A program made the position numbers and the translations under genes. Below the pieces are notes generated by a model that was not told the DNA's origin, searched no databases, and worked only from the letters and a program-made list of their open reading frames with translations. DNA of 64,000 nt from Octopus vulgaris (lineage: Eukaryota). Each line of letters opens with the position of its first letter. Within the stretch, counting starts at the first letter, position 1. The stretch is from assembly GCA_951406725.2 (NCBI GenBank), contig OX597814.1, positions 71,238,001 through 71,302,000 on the forward strand, given 5' to 3'. Positions 1-18,449 of this stretch are shown piece by piece.

Positions 1-1481
1 TTATTATTAAATTTACAATTACTTTTATCTCTACATGTACAATCAATGAGAACGTTATCTTTATTATTATTGGTATCATTATAAAATTTCACTTTATAAA
101 AGTTATTCAACTTAAATTTATTAAAAGAAGAAATAATGTTACCTACATTATTATTAGTAGAATAACCAACTCCAAAATAATTACTAGAGAAAAATTTTTT
201 TATATTTTCGATTATCATGAATAAATTGTTCAATAATATTTAAAATCTCTTTAATAATATTAGTTTTAACTTCAGCCCCATAAGGAACCATTAACCAAAT
301 TTTATTCCTATTATTTATGTTATTGTTATTATTATTAATATTATCATTATTATTAATATTATTATTATTAATATTATTATTATTGTTGTTGTTGTTGTTG
401 TTGTTGTTATTATATTTCTTTTTAATATTATTAAAATTATTATTATTATCATTATTGTTAAAGAATTTAATATTATTATTATATCCTGCCTCTCGCAGGG
501 CTTCATTATAGTAAGGTGCATGTTTATTGAAAATCTCTAAATCATAAGAAAGTAATGATATTCGTTTACTAATATTATTCTTAATTGAGGATGGGTGATT
601 ACTATTAGCATTTATATATCTAAGGCTTTCATTAAATTTATGATATGGTTGGGTTTTACCCGTTATTAAATTAAAATTAACATCTAAATAATTTACATTA
701 TAGTTCCCTTTATATATAGTAATACTTAAACCATACCTTTTAAAGAAACTATATAGTTTCTTCTTATATAATACAAGTTTTCTATTAGTGCAATTCTTAA
801 TAATTAATAAACGGTCATCTCTATATAAACCACCCTCTACTTTAAATTTTCTAATTGAAGTTCAGATAATAAATAAATACCTACTAAATCCATAGCTTGT
901 GCAGAATCGGGTGCCCCCATAGGTATATCAAAATAGTCCCTAATATCCTTCCTAGCCAATAATTTATTATTATATCTAATAAACGATTTCCTAGCCATTT
1001 TAATTACATTAACTTCATCATAAGTCATTCCTACCTTATTCATTGCATATATTAGGGCCTTATTAAACACAATTTCATTAATAGAAAAGTAATAATTATC
1101 TATTTGAATAAATTTATATCAATTTTTTTTCTTTAATATTATAAAACCAATTTAGAGTATTATTTTTACTAGTCCATAAGTTTAGGTAGTTTAGCTTATT
1201 TAATTTATTAATATATTTATCCAATATTAATTTACTCAATTTACCAAGGTCTGATTTACATGGACAAATTAATCTAACTTTAGGGTCTGAATAAAAATTA
1301 TCCTTATCGTCCTTCAAAGTAATTCTAGGGTGCATAAGTACATAAGGTTCAGCTTATTATCTAACTTGTAATTCATCATTACTAATTTAGAGGCCTTATT
1401 TATAGTATAAAGTGTATTATCTGGAACAATTTTATATTTTTTAATTATCTCTTTCTCTAATATGTTATCCACAGTAGCCCA
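1..1481 (-). mobile_element. Degenerate Penelope-like element (Neptune-type RT region), running off the window start
   Basis: Minus-strand pieces read PRITLKD..PKVRLICPCKSDLGK, FDIPMGAPDSAQAMDLVGIYLL, GGLYRDD (~810-835), IWLMVPY..KTNI (~260-305) and CTCRDKSNC (~15-45). These match the RT core and the Cys-linker of Neptune-type PLEs. The element has stops, and a (TAA/CAA)n tract lies at 317-482. Confidence 0.8.
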
Positions 1482-1795
1482 GTGGATGTTAACATAAAAC
1501 TGAAGATCAGTGAAAAAGTCCAAACCTTCGCTGAATTATTGAGAAATCTGCAGTTACTCTATCGAGATTACAAGTTCAGGTTTATTCCTGTAATTATTGG
1601 GGCACTGGGATATATAACACACTACCTAAATACCAATCTTGAGAAACCAGGAAGGGGGAAACTGATTCGAAAACTGCAGATTCAAAACTTTCCAGAAGTT
1701 TATCCTTTAAGTATATATGAGTATGCATATGCAAGTATATCCATGAGAAGACATACATAAAACAAAAGATACAAATCTGCACGTATACTTACAAA
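1482..1795 (+). mobile_element. 3' fragment of an RLE-type non-LTR retrotransposon
   Basis: DVNIKLKISEK..FIPVIIGALG is the C-terminal part of the restriction-like endonuclease domain. It is followed by (ACAT)n. Confidence 0.7.
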
Positions 1796-1845
1796 CATAC
1801 ATACATACATACATACATACATACATACATACATACATACATACA

Positions 1846-1935
<90 letters not shown>
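1795..1935. repeat. Compound (ACAT)n(GT)n microsatellite
   Basis: Seen directly. Confidence 0.95.
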
Positions 1936-1936
<1 letters not shown>

Positions 1937-2431
1937 CACAGTAAAGTGCGACACGCAACTATGTATGAATAAACTGCTTGAAGCAATACTTGAAGTCGAC
2001 TTTGCTGTGTTGCTATTTATAATATAAATGTTTTGGGCGCTGAGTTAGGAAGTGAGATAATGAATGTATGCACAACTAGAAAAATAATTATTAAAACGAT
2101 AGAATGAAAATCACTGTTTCTACTGCTGCTGCTGCTGCTTCCGCCTCTTCCCCCTGCTACTATTATTTCCAACATTGCTACTGTTACTGCTACTACTGTT
2201 GTTTGTGATAATGATACTGAGATTGATATCGAGTTTTTGCTTTAGAGATAGATAATTGCTACTTTTTTTATTGCTGATAAAACGGGGGTCGTCACTCATA
2301 TAATGAATTAAAGTCATCCATCATCGTTGGTAATCAAACGGCAAAAAATAAGCCATACGAATACAAAACAAAAAGAGGAGGCAGGGATGATAGATAGACA
2401 GACAGAGAGACAAAAATAGATAGATAAACAA

Positions 2432-2614
2432 TGAAATATGGTGTTGTATTTAGGAATGGTCATGTTGCCAGTTTAGCCAATAAAAACACACGCACTATAT
2501 ATTTGGTATTAATTTGCTTCAACTTTATTTTACATTAATCTTAATCTTATTTCAGCCAGAGTTTATTGGCTAAACTGGCAACAAGACCATTCCTAGATAC
2601 AACAACATGTTTCA
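2432..2614. mobile_element. MITE-like foldback with ~53-bp imperfect inverted arms
   Basis: 2432-2484 tgaaatatggtgttgtatttaggaatggtcatgttgccagtttagccaataaa is the reverse complement of 2562-2614 with about 4 mismatches. Confidence 0.7.
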
Positions 2615-3046
2615 ACACACGATTTCACATCAAGAATCTTGCAAAACAAATATATAAACGTAACAATGAAATAGTTATCTCAGAAAACTTAGGTATATTA
2701 AAATTATTTCGAAGGTTGCCAGATTTTAAAAATTAATCTAATTCAGCCTTGGTTATCTCACATCCAACTTATTTCCGACCTCTGCACTGAATCATTTTTA
2801 TACTTGGCTGGTTTTTACCGTTCTGAATATCTTCGAACTCAACGATATAAGAAAGCGAATTGAAGTCTGAATTTGCTTTTATGCTAAGGCCTTATCTAAT
2901 AAACCATGTTGACATCCAAACTTTATGCTACTTTGTTTAATTCTTTTGGATGCGTCGGTGGTTGGATGTCACTGTAAAAGAGAAAGTATGAGAAAAAAAG
3001 GCAGGCAGACAGACGGACGGACAGACAGACAGACTGATTGATTGAC

Positions 3047-3086
<40 letters not shown>

Positions 3087-4124
3087 AAAGTAATTGTACA
3101 AGGCTCAAGTTCTGCAATTACGTCAGTGCAATATACAGTTGAATATTTGTGATGGGGCCATGCAAGAATATAATACAGTACCAAAATACAATCACGTTTC
3201 TGCGCATGACTAACATAATGTTATGCACGGTTAAAAATTTCTAACCGTTCTATAATCATTAAATACAGGGTAATGGGGGGACAACAGCTTTCTGTTGGAA
3301 AACTTCACGTTTGAAGTCATGCGAGTGATCAACTGAGTGCGAGGTCAATGATAGGAAATGCAAAATAATCGAGTTTGTACTTTGGTGACTGTAAACTATA
3401 CGATTAATCAAGCTTGTGGAAAGATTTCAAGATGCACTGGATCACTGAATTATTACGATGACTAGCCAAAATGATGTACAGAATTCAGCAACTTGGTTTG
3501 TGAACAATCAAATAAAAGAAAAAGAACTAGCGTAGCCATGTAAATATATCACAGAACAGACAGATTTATGTGTTTAGAATTATGATTATTCAGGCGTATC
3601 TATTCTGCACACAGGCCGGGTAATATATAAAATACGTTCGGCAACGTTAAACTATGATAGCACAAAAATAAATATACAAACATGAACCCGAATGACTTAC
3701 TGCACATGCTTAAATAAATATATGCAAAAAATTAGCATATATAGGAACAGCCAATTTTAGTGTATATTGATGTAATTCCCTAGATGGTAAGAGAAGCTGA
3801 GATTCGTAATAAAATGTTTACTATTCAACATCAAAAGAACTCTGTGTATGTGTGTGCACGCGCGCACGTATGTGTGTATCACTACCGGGAAGTAATATTC
3901 TTGGGGTCGTAAAGTTCGGACGAAACATTGCCCCACCCCTGCAGCACCATGCACATATAATTATCTAATATTTTTTACACTTTCTACAAATTAGATGGCA
4001 AGAGTGGATATATTTTAATAATTGAGAAGCCCCACGCCGGTCAAAATCATAGCGACGCTCAAGAATATGCACAGATGTATATGAATGTATGTGTATGTGT
4101 GTGCGTAAGATACACACACACGCG

Positions 4125-4207
<83 letters not shown>

Positions 4208-4208
<1 letters not shown>

Positions 4209-4449
4209 AGAAGCTTACTTCCCAAGTACATGGTTCCGTGTTCAATGGCACTGCGTAGCATCCTGTGCAAGTGTCTTTTACTATAGCCTCGGCTCGACCA
4301 AAGTTTCTGTCTACCAAATCCACTCGCAAGACTTTGGTCGGCCTGAGGCTATAGAAGAAGACAGTTGCCCACAGTGCAACGCAATGGGACCGAACCCAAA
4401 ACCATGTGGTTAGGAAGCAAACTTCTCATCACACACCCACGCCTGCGTC
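4208..4449. mobile_element. Two truncated copies of a tRNA-headed SINE joined in inverted orientation
   Basis: Both 4208-4303 (+) and 4303-4449 (-) match the SINE head at 47499-47662. Confidence 0.8.
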
Positions 4450-5617
4450 TATCACTGAATAAGGTGAATCTTTTGAACGGAAAGGAGAAGTAGATGTTTG
4501 GCGCTCCAACTACCTGCTTTACAAAGCTGTACATTGTTTGGGAGCTTTATTTGTCAAAGGCAAGTTGAATGTCTAAGGATATGCTCAACCATCACGTATT
4601 TTTCGGCGCTTCAACAATTGTTTTGTCATTAAATGTAAATTAGGAATGGTGAAATTAGTGCTTGATGTCTTGAAGCTCAGATATTTCTGAGTTATTTTCA
4701 TCAAATCAATCTAAGTGATTCAGTTTCCTGAAACCCAAAATGTTGGCAGAGGTGGCATTAAACTTTTTATTTGAAATCAGAATGTGAGCCATCGGACGAT
4801 GAATGGGTAAGCCTTACAAAAAATGCTGATATTGTAGAGCTCGAAGTTTATCAACATTTTGAATCTTTTGGGATCTTCGCGTTATTTGCTGTAAACCTTT
4901 TCTAAACGACAGGCTTCAGATTTGCTCGGACAAGATAGTGATCTTTAACGCTACAGATGGGACGAGAGTTATGTTTACGTGTAATAAAATCTATAAGATT
5001 ATATTGTTTCGATAGAGAATGCAGACAGGTAACTATACTTGAGTTTCTTGCGGAGCAGTGTGTCTTCCGTATCACAAAGCCTTATTTGACCATAGCTGTA
5101 ACCGCTACTGTTTATTTTACTTATGCCGAAGCGTCTTCGGTGTGATCATGTGTTGCAGTCACGCCGTAACTAGACGTTGAAATTCAGGAGAACCTTAGTA
5201 ATACCATTACCTCCGCACCCGAATGGCCAGAAAATTACCTTATCTTCCTTTCTTGTATTGAGTGAAAAAAATGGAGCTAATAAAGTCAAAAAGTCATCTG
5301 ACACCTACAAGACAGAGATTGGCGGGGTTTAATAATAAATACGGTCACTCGCACTTAATAGCATAGCATATCAGCGAAATTCTTGCTATCCACAACGGTA
5401 ATAATTTAAGTGCTTACTCCTTTATATAGTAGCTGAATACTCTTATCGATGTGGAAAGGAGATTAGGTTCGTCTTTTTTGAAGTGCAGTCATGAAATCAT
5501 GAAACGATACGTCAAAAGACTTACTCCCACCTTCTTCCACACATTGAGAGCATAGAAGAAATGTATTTACATTGTTAGTTCGTTATCAAAGTTGAGGATT
5601 CGCATATTTCAGTATAT

Positions 5618-5655
<38 letters not shown>

Positions 5656-6053
5656 TATGTGCGTGCGCGCGCGCACAGACGCAATGTGGCCTCTTATCTA
5701 AATCTAATTCCAAAGAAAGAAGCAATTCAATCTTACATTTGCTTTTGTTCTAATCTTTGTTCTGAAGATCACAACGTTCAAATTGTTGCTGCCACTTTCC
5801 ATTGATTACGTACTCATTTTCTAATGTATAATTAATCTATGTTTAAGCATTCATGCTTACATTAATGGTTGTTTTGTTATGTCTTTTTTTTCACCCCGCT
5901 AATTTACTTCAAGCTAATTTTCATGTGCCAAATATGTGCGTGTGAAATGACTGACTCATAAAAATGTCCTCAAAATAACCAATTAAATTGTGTCGGTGCT
6001 TGTAAATATTTTACAAGTCTGTCATAAACGATATATTAAACATTGCTTTAGAG

Positions 6054-6482
6054 CAGTGGTTCTTAAACTTTTTATTTAATCTTTTTTGTAGCGCCCCACT
6101 TTTAAGTAGTTGATATGCCTAGCACCCACTTAAGTGGCAAGTGAGGTATCACGACTAAACAAACTTAACGTGGATGACAATTTATAAAGTTTATTCTAAA
6201 AATGGATTGTATAAGCTTTTAACAGTGAAATGATAAAAAAAAAATTATAAAGACAAAAATTGTAAGTTTACTTTATGCATTGAAAATTAATGATTTCCCT
6301 ATGTCTGATGGGATCTCATTTTAATTTAATAACCATTACCAATTTTATCGTGTGTAATATTTTTATCACGTGTAATACTGCTATAGGTAAAATTTAGCAT
6401 GTTAATTATGTTACCTCACAGCCCCTAAAGCCTAACATCCCTTTCAACATGATAGCGTTACTGCCTACGTTGAGAAAGTCTT
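6054..6482 (-). mobile_element. Non-autonomous hAT (Buster/Charlie-like) deletion derivative
   Basis: The left end is CAGTGGTTCTTAAAC and the right end is a degenerate gttgagaaagtctt. The 8-bp flanks ctttagag/ctttaggg have a central TA. Internal minus-strand codons SHQT*GNH* resemble the transposase end SHQTHGSH* at 27133. Confidence 0.55.
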
Positions 6483-7202
6483 CTTTAGGGAATGAAACAT
6501 CGAACATTTCGCTTTGTTATTGGTTTATTCAGGTCTGTTATAAGAAGTATTTCTATTATTTCCTCATAAATATATGAGGATATAAACCTTGCCAAGATCG
6601 GGCATGAGTGGTCCTTCTATAACAATGGACCTGTTGGAATATTACTCAACATTAATCGGGGTACACCATTAAATGTATAATTGAACAAATATCATATTTA
6701 TCCAGAAAACGCAATAATGTTCATTACATTCATATTGAGAAACATTTACCGAATGAAAACGAGTGAATGAGAGAGAAATAAATAAACTTTGTCAGACCGA
6801 AAGAGTGTTACAAATACTTGCTGGCTTCCGGTATACGGAGCTTTTGACTGGTAGCACTTGCATGTGCAAGTTGTTTGCAAGACAATCATGACATCACATG
6901 TGCCATTCAAAAATTCACAAAGAAACTTACGCTACACATGGGGAAGGTTTGAACAACATATGAGACTTAAAAGCAATCTGCAGTCTTTTCGTATATGGCA
7001 TTGTATGTTCCTATACAACCGTTGGCTCTAACATCATCTTTGTGCAGATTACACAAAACTTACTTTATCTTACTGTAAAGCTACCGATTTGTTAATGCGG
7101 CCCACCTGCACTCAACTAATCATCGAACAAAAATAACAGGAATGCGTTTTCTTTTTAAGCTAAATACTGCGAAAATAGAAGGCAGTCAGCCATTACCTTA
7201 TC

Positions 7203-7240
<38 letters not shown>

Positions 7241-7244
<4 letters not shown>

Positions 7245-7453
7245 TCTACGAAAGGCACAAGGCCTGAAATTTGGGGGAAGGGGACTAGTCGATTACATCG
7301 ATCCCAGTGTTTCACTGGTACTTAATTCATCGACCCCGAAAAAGATGAAAGGCAAAGTCGACCTCGGCGGAATTTGAACTCAGAATGTAGCGACGGGCGA
7401 AATACCGCTAAGCATTTCGTCCAGCGCGCAAACGATTCTGCCAGCTCACCACC
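7241..7453 (-). mobile_element. tRNA-derived SINE (second family) with (ATT)n tail
   Basis: It has a B-box-like gagttcaaattcc on the minus strand. Other copies lie at 38460-38665 and 59375-60003, and the tail is the (TAA)n tract at 7205-7240. Confidence 0.8.
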
Positions 7454-7469
7454 ATAACAATAATAATAA

Positions 7470-8033
7470 ATGCCCTGATGCAGTACCAGGCAGTGGTTCT
7501 CATGGTTTCTGATCTTAACTGATTGGAAGTGTTATCATGTACATTGTTTTGTCTTGGTATAAAAGATGGGCTACAGCAGATACTACAGATTTACTTGTCA
7601 GTTGTTTGACCTTAACCAGTTGAGCATGTTCTTTTTGTGGTTGACGATAGTTGCCTCTCGGATCACGAGTAGAAGTAATGGGAGAGCATCATAGTCATGT
7701 ATTGAAAGGAACACTTGGGAGTTGCATAATTCACCTTTGGAAACATGTCTGTTTCATTCCACATTCTTAAACAACCCTTATTCAGGGACCTTTTGAGTGG
7801 GAGGGGCTACTCGACCTGAAGAAGATGCTAACTGGGCCCCACCTGTAAGGTCATGCGCTGTTTCTCTTGATATGAAATCACCATGTCGCGCGCATATGGT
7901 TATGATGCATGTGCCTAGTGTACCCTAATCAGATGAGTAGTCATGGTGAGTAAACTGGGATTCGTATATTCTACCCCAGTGTCACTTTGATGGCATGTAC
8001 TGCTCACTCACTCAATAATAATGATGATGATGG

Positions 8034-8103
<70 letters not shown>

Positions 8104-8560
8104 AATTCTGCTCAATACCACAGATATACTTGTCAGTTGTTTGACCTTAACCAGTTGACCATGTCCCTTAGTGGCTGACGATATGTGCATCTCTGATCAC
8201 GAGCAGAAGTAGTTGGGGAGCATCATAGCCATGTGTTGAGAGGGATTCTTTGGGGTTTGAATAATTCACCTCTGGAAACATCGGTGTTTCGTTCAACATC
8301 CTTAAACAACCCTTATTCAGGGACCTTTTGAGCGGGATGGGTTAATCGACCAGAAGAAAATTCTAACTGGGCCCCACCTGTAAGGTCATGTGCTGTTTAT
8401 CTTGATACGAGATCACCATGTCGCGCACATATGGTTGTAATGCATGTGCCTACTGTACCCTTATCAGACGGGCAGTCATGATGGGCATACTGGGCTTCAT
8501 ATACTTTACCCCAGTGTCACTTTGATGGCATGCACTGCTCTCTCACTCAATAATAATAAT
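7470..8560 (+). repeat. Two tandem copies of an unclassified ~450-550 bp repeat, each ending ...ctcactcAATAATAAT
   Basis: 7580-8022 aligns with 8115-8560, and the copies are separated by (GAT)n at 8022-8103. Confidence 0.8.
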
Positions 8561-9010
8561 GCAAAGATCCTATGGGATTTTATGATTCAGTGCGATCATG
8601 AGTTAGAGAATAGGAAGCCAGGCATAGTGTTAATTGAGAAAGAAAATAAACGATGCTTGATCATAGATATAGCATGCCTAGCTGACAACAAGGTATGCGA
8701 TAAGGAAGAAAGAAATGTCGACAGACATGACAGGTTAGCGTGGGAGGTTAAGCAGTTGTGGTTGATGAAAAAGGTGGTAGCAGTACCAATAATTGTTGGA
8801 GCCCTTGGAACAGTGAGCAAAAATATCGAAAAGTACGTGGAACGAATAGGGACTGCAATAAGAGTGGAGCACTTGCAGAAAACAGCACTGCTTGTAACCA
8901 CTCGAATACTCCGGAAGGTGCTCGAAAAATAAGAGGTGTTACCTTAGCTCACTGGTAGTGAACAGCTGACACTGTAGTACATCTCCAGCTTAGAAGCTGT
9001 GCAAAGGCAA
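8561..9010 (+). mobile_element. 5'-truncated R4/Dong-like element (RLE C-terminus plus 3' UTR)
   Basis: Reads ILWDFMIQCDHELENRKPGIVLIEK..IIDIA..VPIIVGALG..LQKTALL, with a stop at 8932. It is flanked by TAA repeats on both sides. Confidence 0.85.
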
Positions 9011-9027
9011 TGATGATGAGGAAGATG

Positions 9028-9091
<64 letters not shown>

Positions 9092-9333
9092 GACAAGAAC
9101 TCTGGTGTTGAAGACAGTCAGCCAGCCAACCACCAAGCCAGCCAACGAGACAGACAGACACTACTATTATTATTACTGTGATGGTGATAATGATAAAAAA
9201 ACAAAAATAACAATAATAAGATACTGCTGTGACTACACATAAAACAATATCATTGATGATGATGATAATGATGATAGTAATGGTGGTGATAATGATGATA
9301 GTGATGATAATGGTGATGATAATAACAATAATA

Positions 9334-12300
9334 AGCCGACTACGGCTGCTATAATGGTACGATTATAATTGTAACCACAATGATGGCCGTCTCCCCACGA
9401 GCCAATCAAAGCTAAAAAATGATAACATTATCGTAGCACCAAAATGTTTTTGGAAACTAAAAGGAAAACTAAATCAGTATACCAAATCGCTTGTCTTATG
9501 GTTAATCTGGAAGCGCGTCCCCCAGGGAAGAGCCAGCCTGGGATCGAAAAGTCATCAACTGGCACAAACTCTTCTCCGAATACGGACATGGATGGTCACT
9601 TGAACGGGAAATCCCCCAACTCGAGCCCTCCAAGTTCACCACCACAACCACCACAGAAAGAAAAATGTAAGCGGAACAAATGGACCCGAGAAGAGTATAA
9701 AGAAGTAATATACGCTTATTACTATGCATTAGGTAGGCCATCTCAAGAGAGACACACCGCAAACTCTTACAGTATATGGAGAACACGGAATCAAGACAGT
9801 AGGCCCTATTTGGACGAGAACAAATTAGCAAATGTGAGGAGGGATATCCTTAGAAATAACAGACTCACAGACAGTGAAATAAGCGCGATCAAGCACGCAA
9901 CGGAAAATGACATAAATATAAGACACAAAGGAAATGAAGAATCAGATGAACAGTATAGCCCGCCACGAGGCTTAATTGAAAGACTGTCATCTGACCAAAG
10001 TACGCAAAGGCCTGAAGATACAAGAAATTCTATTGTACCTGTTAAAGATAGCCAGGAAAACGAAAAAACAACAGTAGCTGAAGATCTCGCATTTGCTGAA
10101 GAACACAGAGAGTCTATGGCAGAAATGAGGCAGAAAATCCTGAATACGCTTGAAGTTGTAAGACATACAAGTATGAATGATAGAGAACCACTTCATAAAC
10201 TCTCAAATACAAACCAAAATAAAAAACAAATCCAAATTGGCAACTATGTAACAAATGAAATAATACGAGAATTAAAACCTGATTTTACTGAGTTAAATGA
10301 AATTATTTACGCTTCTGCTAGGGCAATTGAAACCAGCTGTATGCCCCCGAAATAACAAAGAAAACAAAACCTGGGAAGAAATCAAACCTGGAGAAGTAAA
10401 ATTGAAAAAGAGATTGAATTTATGAGAGGGGAAATATCAATATTAAATGAACTAATATGTGGAAATGATGTAAGATCCAGAACAGGAAGAAAGATGAAGA
10501 GAAAATTTGGATCCTCACCAAGAGAAGAACTGATATCAATAAAAGAAACGCTGAAACAAAAAGTCCAAGCAAAAGCCCTAAGAATACGAAGATTTGAGAA
10601 GAGAAACAAGTTTTACAAGCAAAATAAGCTGTTCACATCCAATGCCAAAAAATTCTACAGAGAAATAGGGAAGGAGAAAGTAACCGTTAAAGACCCCCCT
10701 CCCATGGAAGAAGTTCAAAACTTTTGGAAAAGGATCTGGAGTGACAAGAAGACGTACAACATAAATGCAGACTGGATTATACAAACTGAAGGATCCTACC
10801 AAAATTTACAACAAGCATGGGAAGACATCACAATAGCAGACCTAAGAAAGGCATTCACGAAGGCCCATAATTGGAAATCCCCCGGTAAAGATAGGGTGCC
10901 GAATTTCTGGCTTGCATCGCTCCCATGTGCACACGGTAAGCTAGTTCAGCTGCTCAATGGAATTATGAGAGACCCAAAGAAAACACCTGAATGGTTAGCA
11001 AGTGGCATTACTTACCTACTCCCAAAGAATAACGAAACCAACCTTCCAAAAAACTATCGGCCTATAACCTGTCTATCCACCACGTATAAAATCCTAACAT
11101 CTATCCTGGCGGAGAAAACATATGCATTCATGGAGAAGAACGATATTTTCCCCATTGAACAAAAAGGGTGCCGCCGAGGCTCTTACGGATGCAAAGATCA
11201 ACTGCTAATCAATCGTATGATCCTTGAGAACTGTCACAACAAGCGCAGAAATCTCAGCACCGCATGGATTGACTACAAAAAGGCCTTCGACAGTATACCG
11301 CATCCATGGATCTTGAGATCGCTGGACATCTTCAAAATTTCCCCTGTGATTTCAAACTTCCTGAAGCACAATATGTCGTTGTGGAATACGAATCTCCAAT
11401 TATACCACTCTAATGGAGTACTTGCCTCAGAAAATATAAACATCAACTGTGGAATTTTTCAAGGTGACTCACTTTCACCTTTAATATTCTGCATAGCCCT
11501 AATACCCCTTACAAGTGAATTAAACAGAACAGGGTATGGGTATAAAATTGCCAATAAAAAAATAAGCCATCTATTTTATATGGATGACTTAAAACTTTAT
11601 TGTAAAGACAATAATGAACTTGAAGGCCTATTGCGCACCGTGAAAGCATTCAGCGATGACATCGGGATGGAGTTTGGACTTGAGAAGTGTGCCAAGGCCA
11701 AAGGGAAAGTGAAGACCACAAATTCAGTCGTGTTAGATGTTGACACAGTCATAAAAGAGCTTGAGCAAGAACAAACATACAAATATTTAGGGATAAATGA
11801 AGGCTCTGGTATTCAGCATGCAAGCATGAAAGAGAAAATCAGGAAGGAATGTTATAGGAGAGTTCGTGCAGTCCTGAAATCTGAACTAAATGCACGTAAC
11901 AAGGTGTTAGCTATAAATTCCTTAGCAGTTCCAGTTGTTACTTATAGCTACAATGTGTTGAACTGGAATATGAGTGAAGTAAAGAATATAGATAGAAAAA
12001 TACGCAAGCTGCTGAGTTGTAATAGGATGCACCACCCAAAGGCAGACGTAGATCGCCTTTACCTTCCCAGAGCCCAAGGAGGTCGAGGCCTGATCCAATT
12101 TGAACTAGCTTACAAAACAACCACAATTGGACTGGCCAAATATCTCGAAATATCGAATGACTGGATGCTAAAGCTCGTGGAAAATCACGAGAGACGAAAG
12201 AAGCTTCATTCTATCATAAAGGAAAGCAAAAAAATTTGCTATTGATCTCGTGCAGGATACCCAAACTGAACAACCCGAGGGAAGTACGGCAACTATTGTT

Positions 12301-13298
12301 GCAAAGAAGGTGAAAATGATGGCAATGAAAACAGCGCACGAGCAATTGGCTGATAGGTGGGAGGAGAAACCTCTGCACGGCAAATATGTGACCCGCAGCA
12401 AACAAGCTGATGTTGACCAGAAGCAAACCCATCAGTGGCTACGGAGCTCAGGGCTAAAAGCAGAGAGCGAAGGTTTCATCCTGGCTGCTCAAGATCAAAG
12501 CCTATTAACCCGGAACTACCAGGCCAATGTGATGAAAAATAGAGCAGACCCAAAATGCCGATTCTGCAACGACATGATTGAAACAGTGGACCACCTAATC
12601 TCTGGATGTAAAGTCTTAGCACTAGTGGAGTATAAATTAAGACATGACAGAGTTGGCCAATATCTCCACTGGCTAATAAGTCGGCATTACAATATCAAAA
12701 CTGCCGACAAGTGGTATAATCACCACCCTGAGGCTGTAACTGAAGGAGAAAATGTAACCATTCTGTGGGACTTTCCAGTACATACAGACCGAACCATCAA
12801 GGCCAATAAACCAGATATTGTTGTGAAAGACCAAAACAATAAAGTTTGCTTATTGATCGACATGAGCATCCCCTGTGATCATAATATCTCAGCGAAAGAG
12901 TTTGACAAGCTCAGAAAATATAAAGACCTACTCATTGAAATTGAGAAAATGTGGCATCTCAAGGCGGTTACAATACCAGTGATCGTAGGAGCACTAGGAA
13001 TGATCAAGAAGGGAACCGAAAATTATATGAGAATGATCCCTGGCTTACCATCCCTACAAGAAGTGCAAAAAATTGTCTTAACTGGTACATCACACGTATT
13101 GAGAAGAGCATTGTCGATGTGAGAACTGTTGCTGCTCATGTATTTTAATTTAACTTTAAAAAAAAAATTAAAAAAAAAAATGAACGAACTACTGAGTTTG
13201 GTTTAATGGCCTACCAATGTATACTATGAGTTTCTTTGCCCTAGGAGTCGGGAAGACACTCGGCAAGAAATGGAAGCAAATTTGAAAGAAGAAAAAAA

Positions 13299-13300
<2 letters not shown>
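9334..13300 (+). mobile_element. Near full-length R4/Dong-clade non-LTR retrotransposon (RT + CCHC + RLE), inactivated
   Basis: One ORF at 9444-13122 is broken by an in-frame TAA (10353-10355) and a +1 A in a homopolymer near 12230. It carries N-terminal KWTREE, RT motifs DYKKAFDS, GIFQGDSLSP and YMDD, CRFC..ETVDHLISGC, RHD and KPDIVV..IDMS. The 3' end runs into (TAA)n. Confidence 0.92.
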
Positions 13301-18130
<4,830 letters not shown>

Positions 18131-18449
18131 TCCATTTATTTGAAGAGCGACTGATAAAAGGATCTTACATCGACAGGTTATAAAATATGTGTGAAACTTA
18201 AATCGTACGACAAATGAAAAAAAAAATTTTTTAAAAACAAAGTATTGTCATAGCTGCTATTCTCCGGTCTAAAGACGAATGTTAAAAGTAGACCCATTCA
18301 CTCGCGTCATATTTACAAATTTCACTCATATTCCAAGAAATTCACAGGTATTTAGTTCTACCTTCTTTTCCACCATCATCTAACTCTTCAAATGGAATTA
18401 TAAATGTAGATAATATTTAGGCGAGAGAGGAAAGTATTTATCTTTGGTC

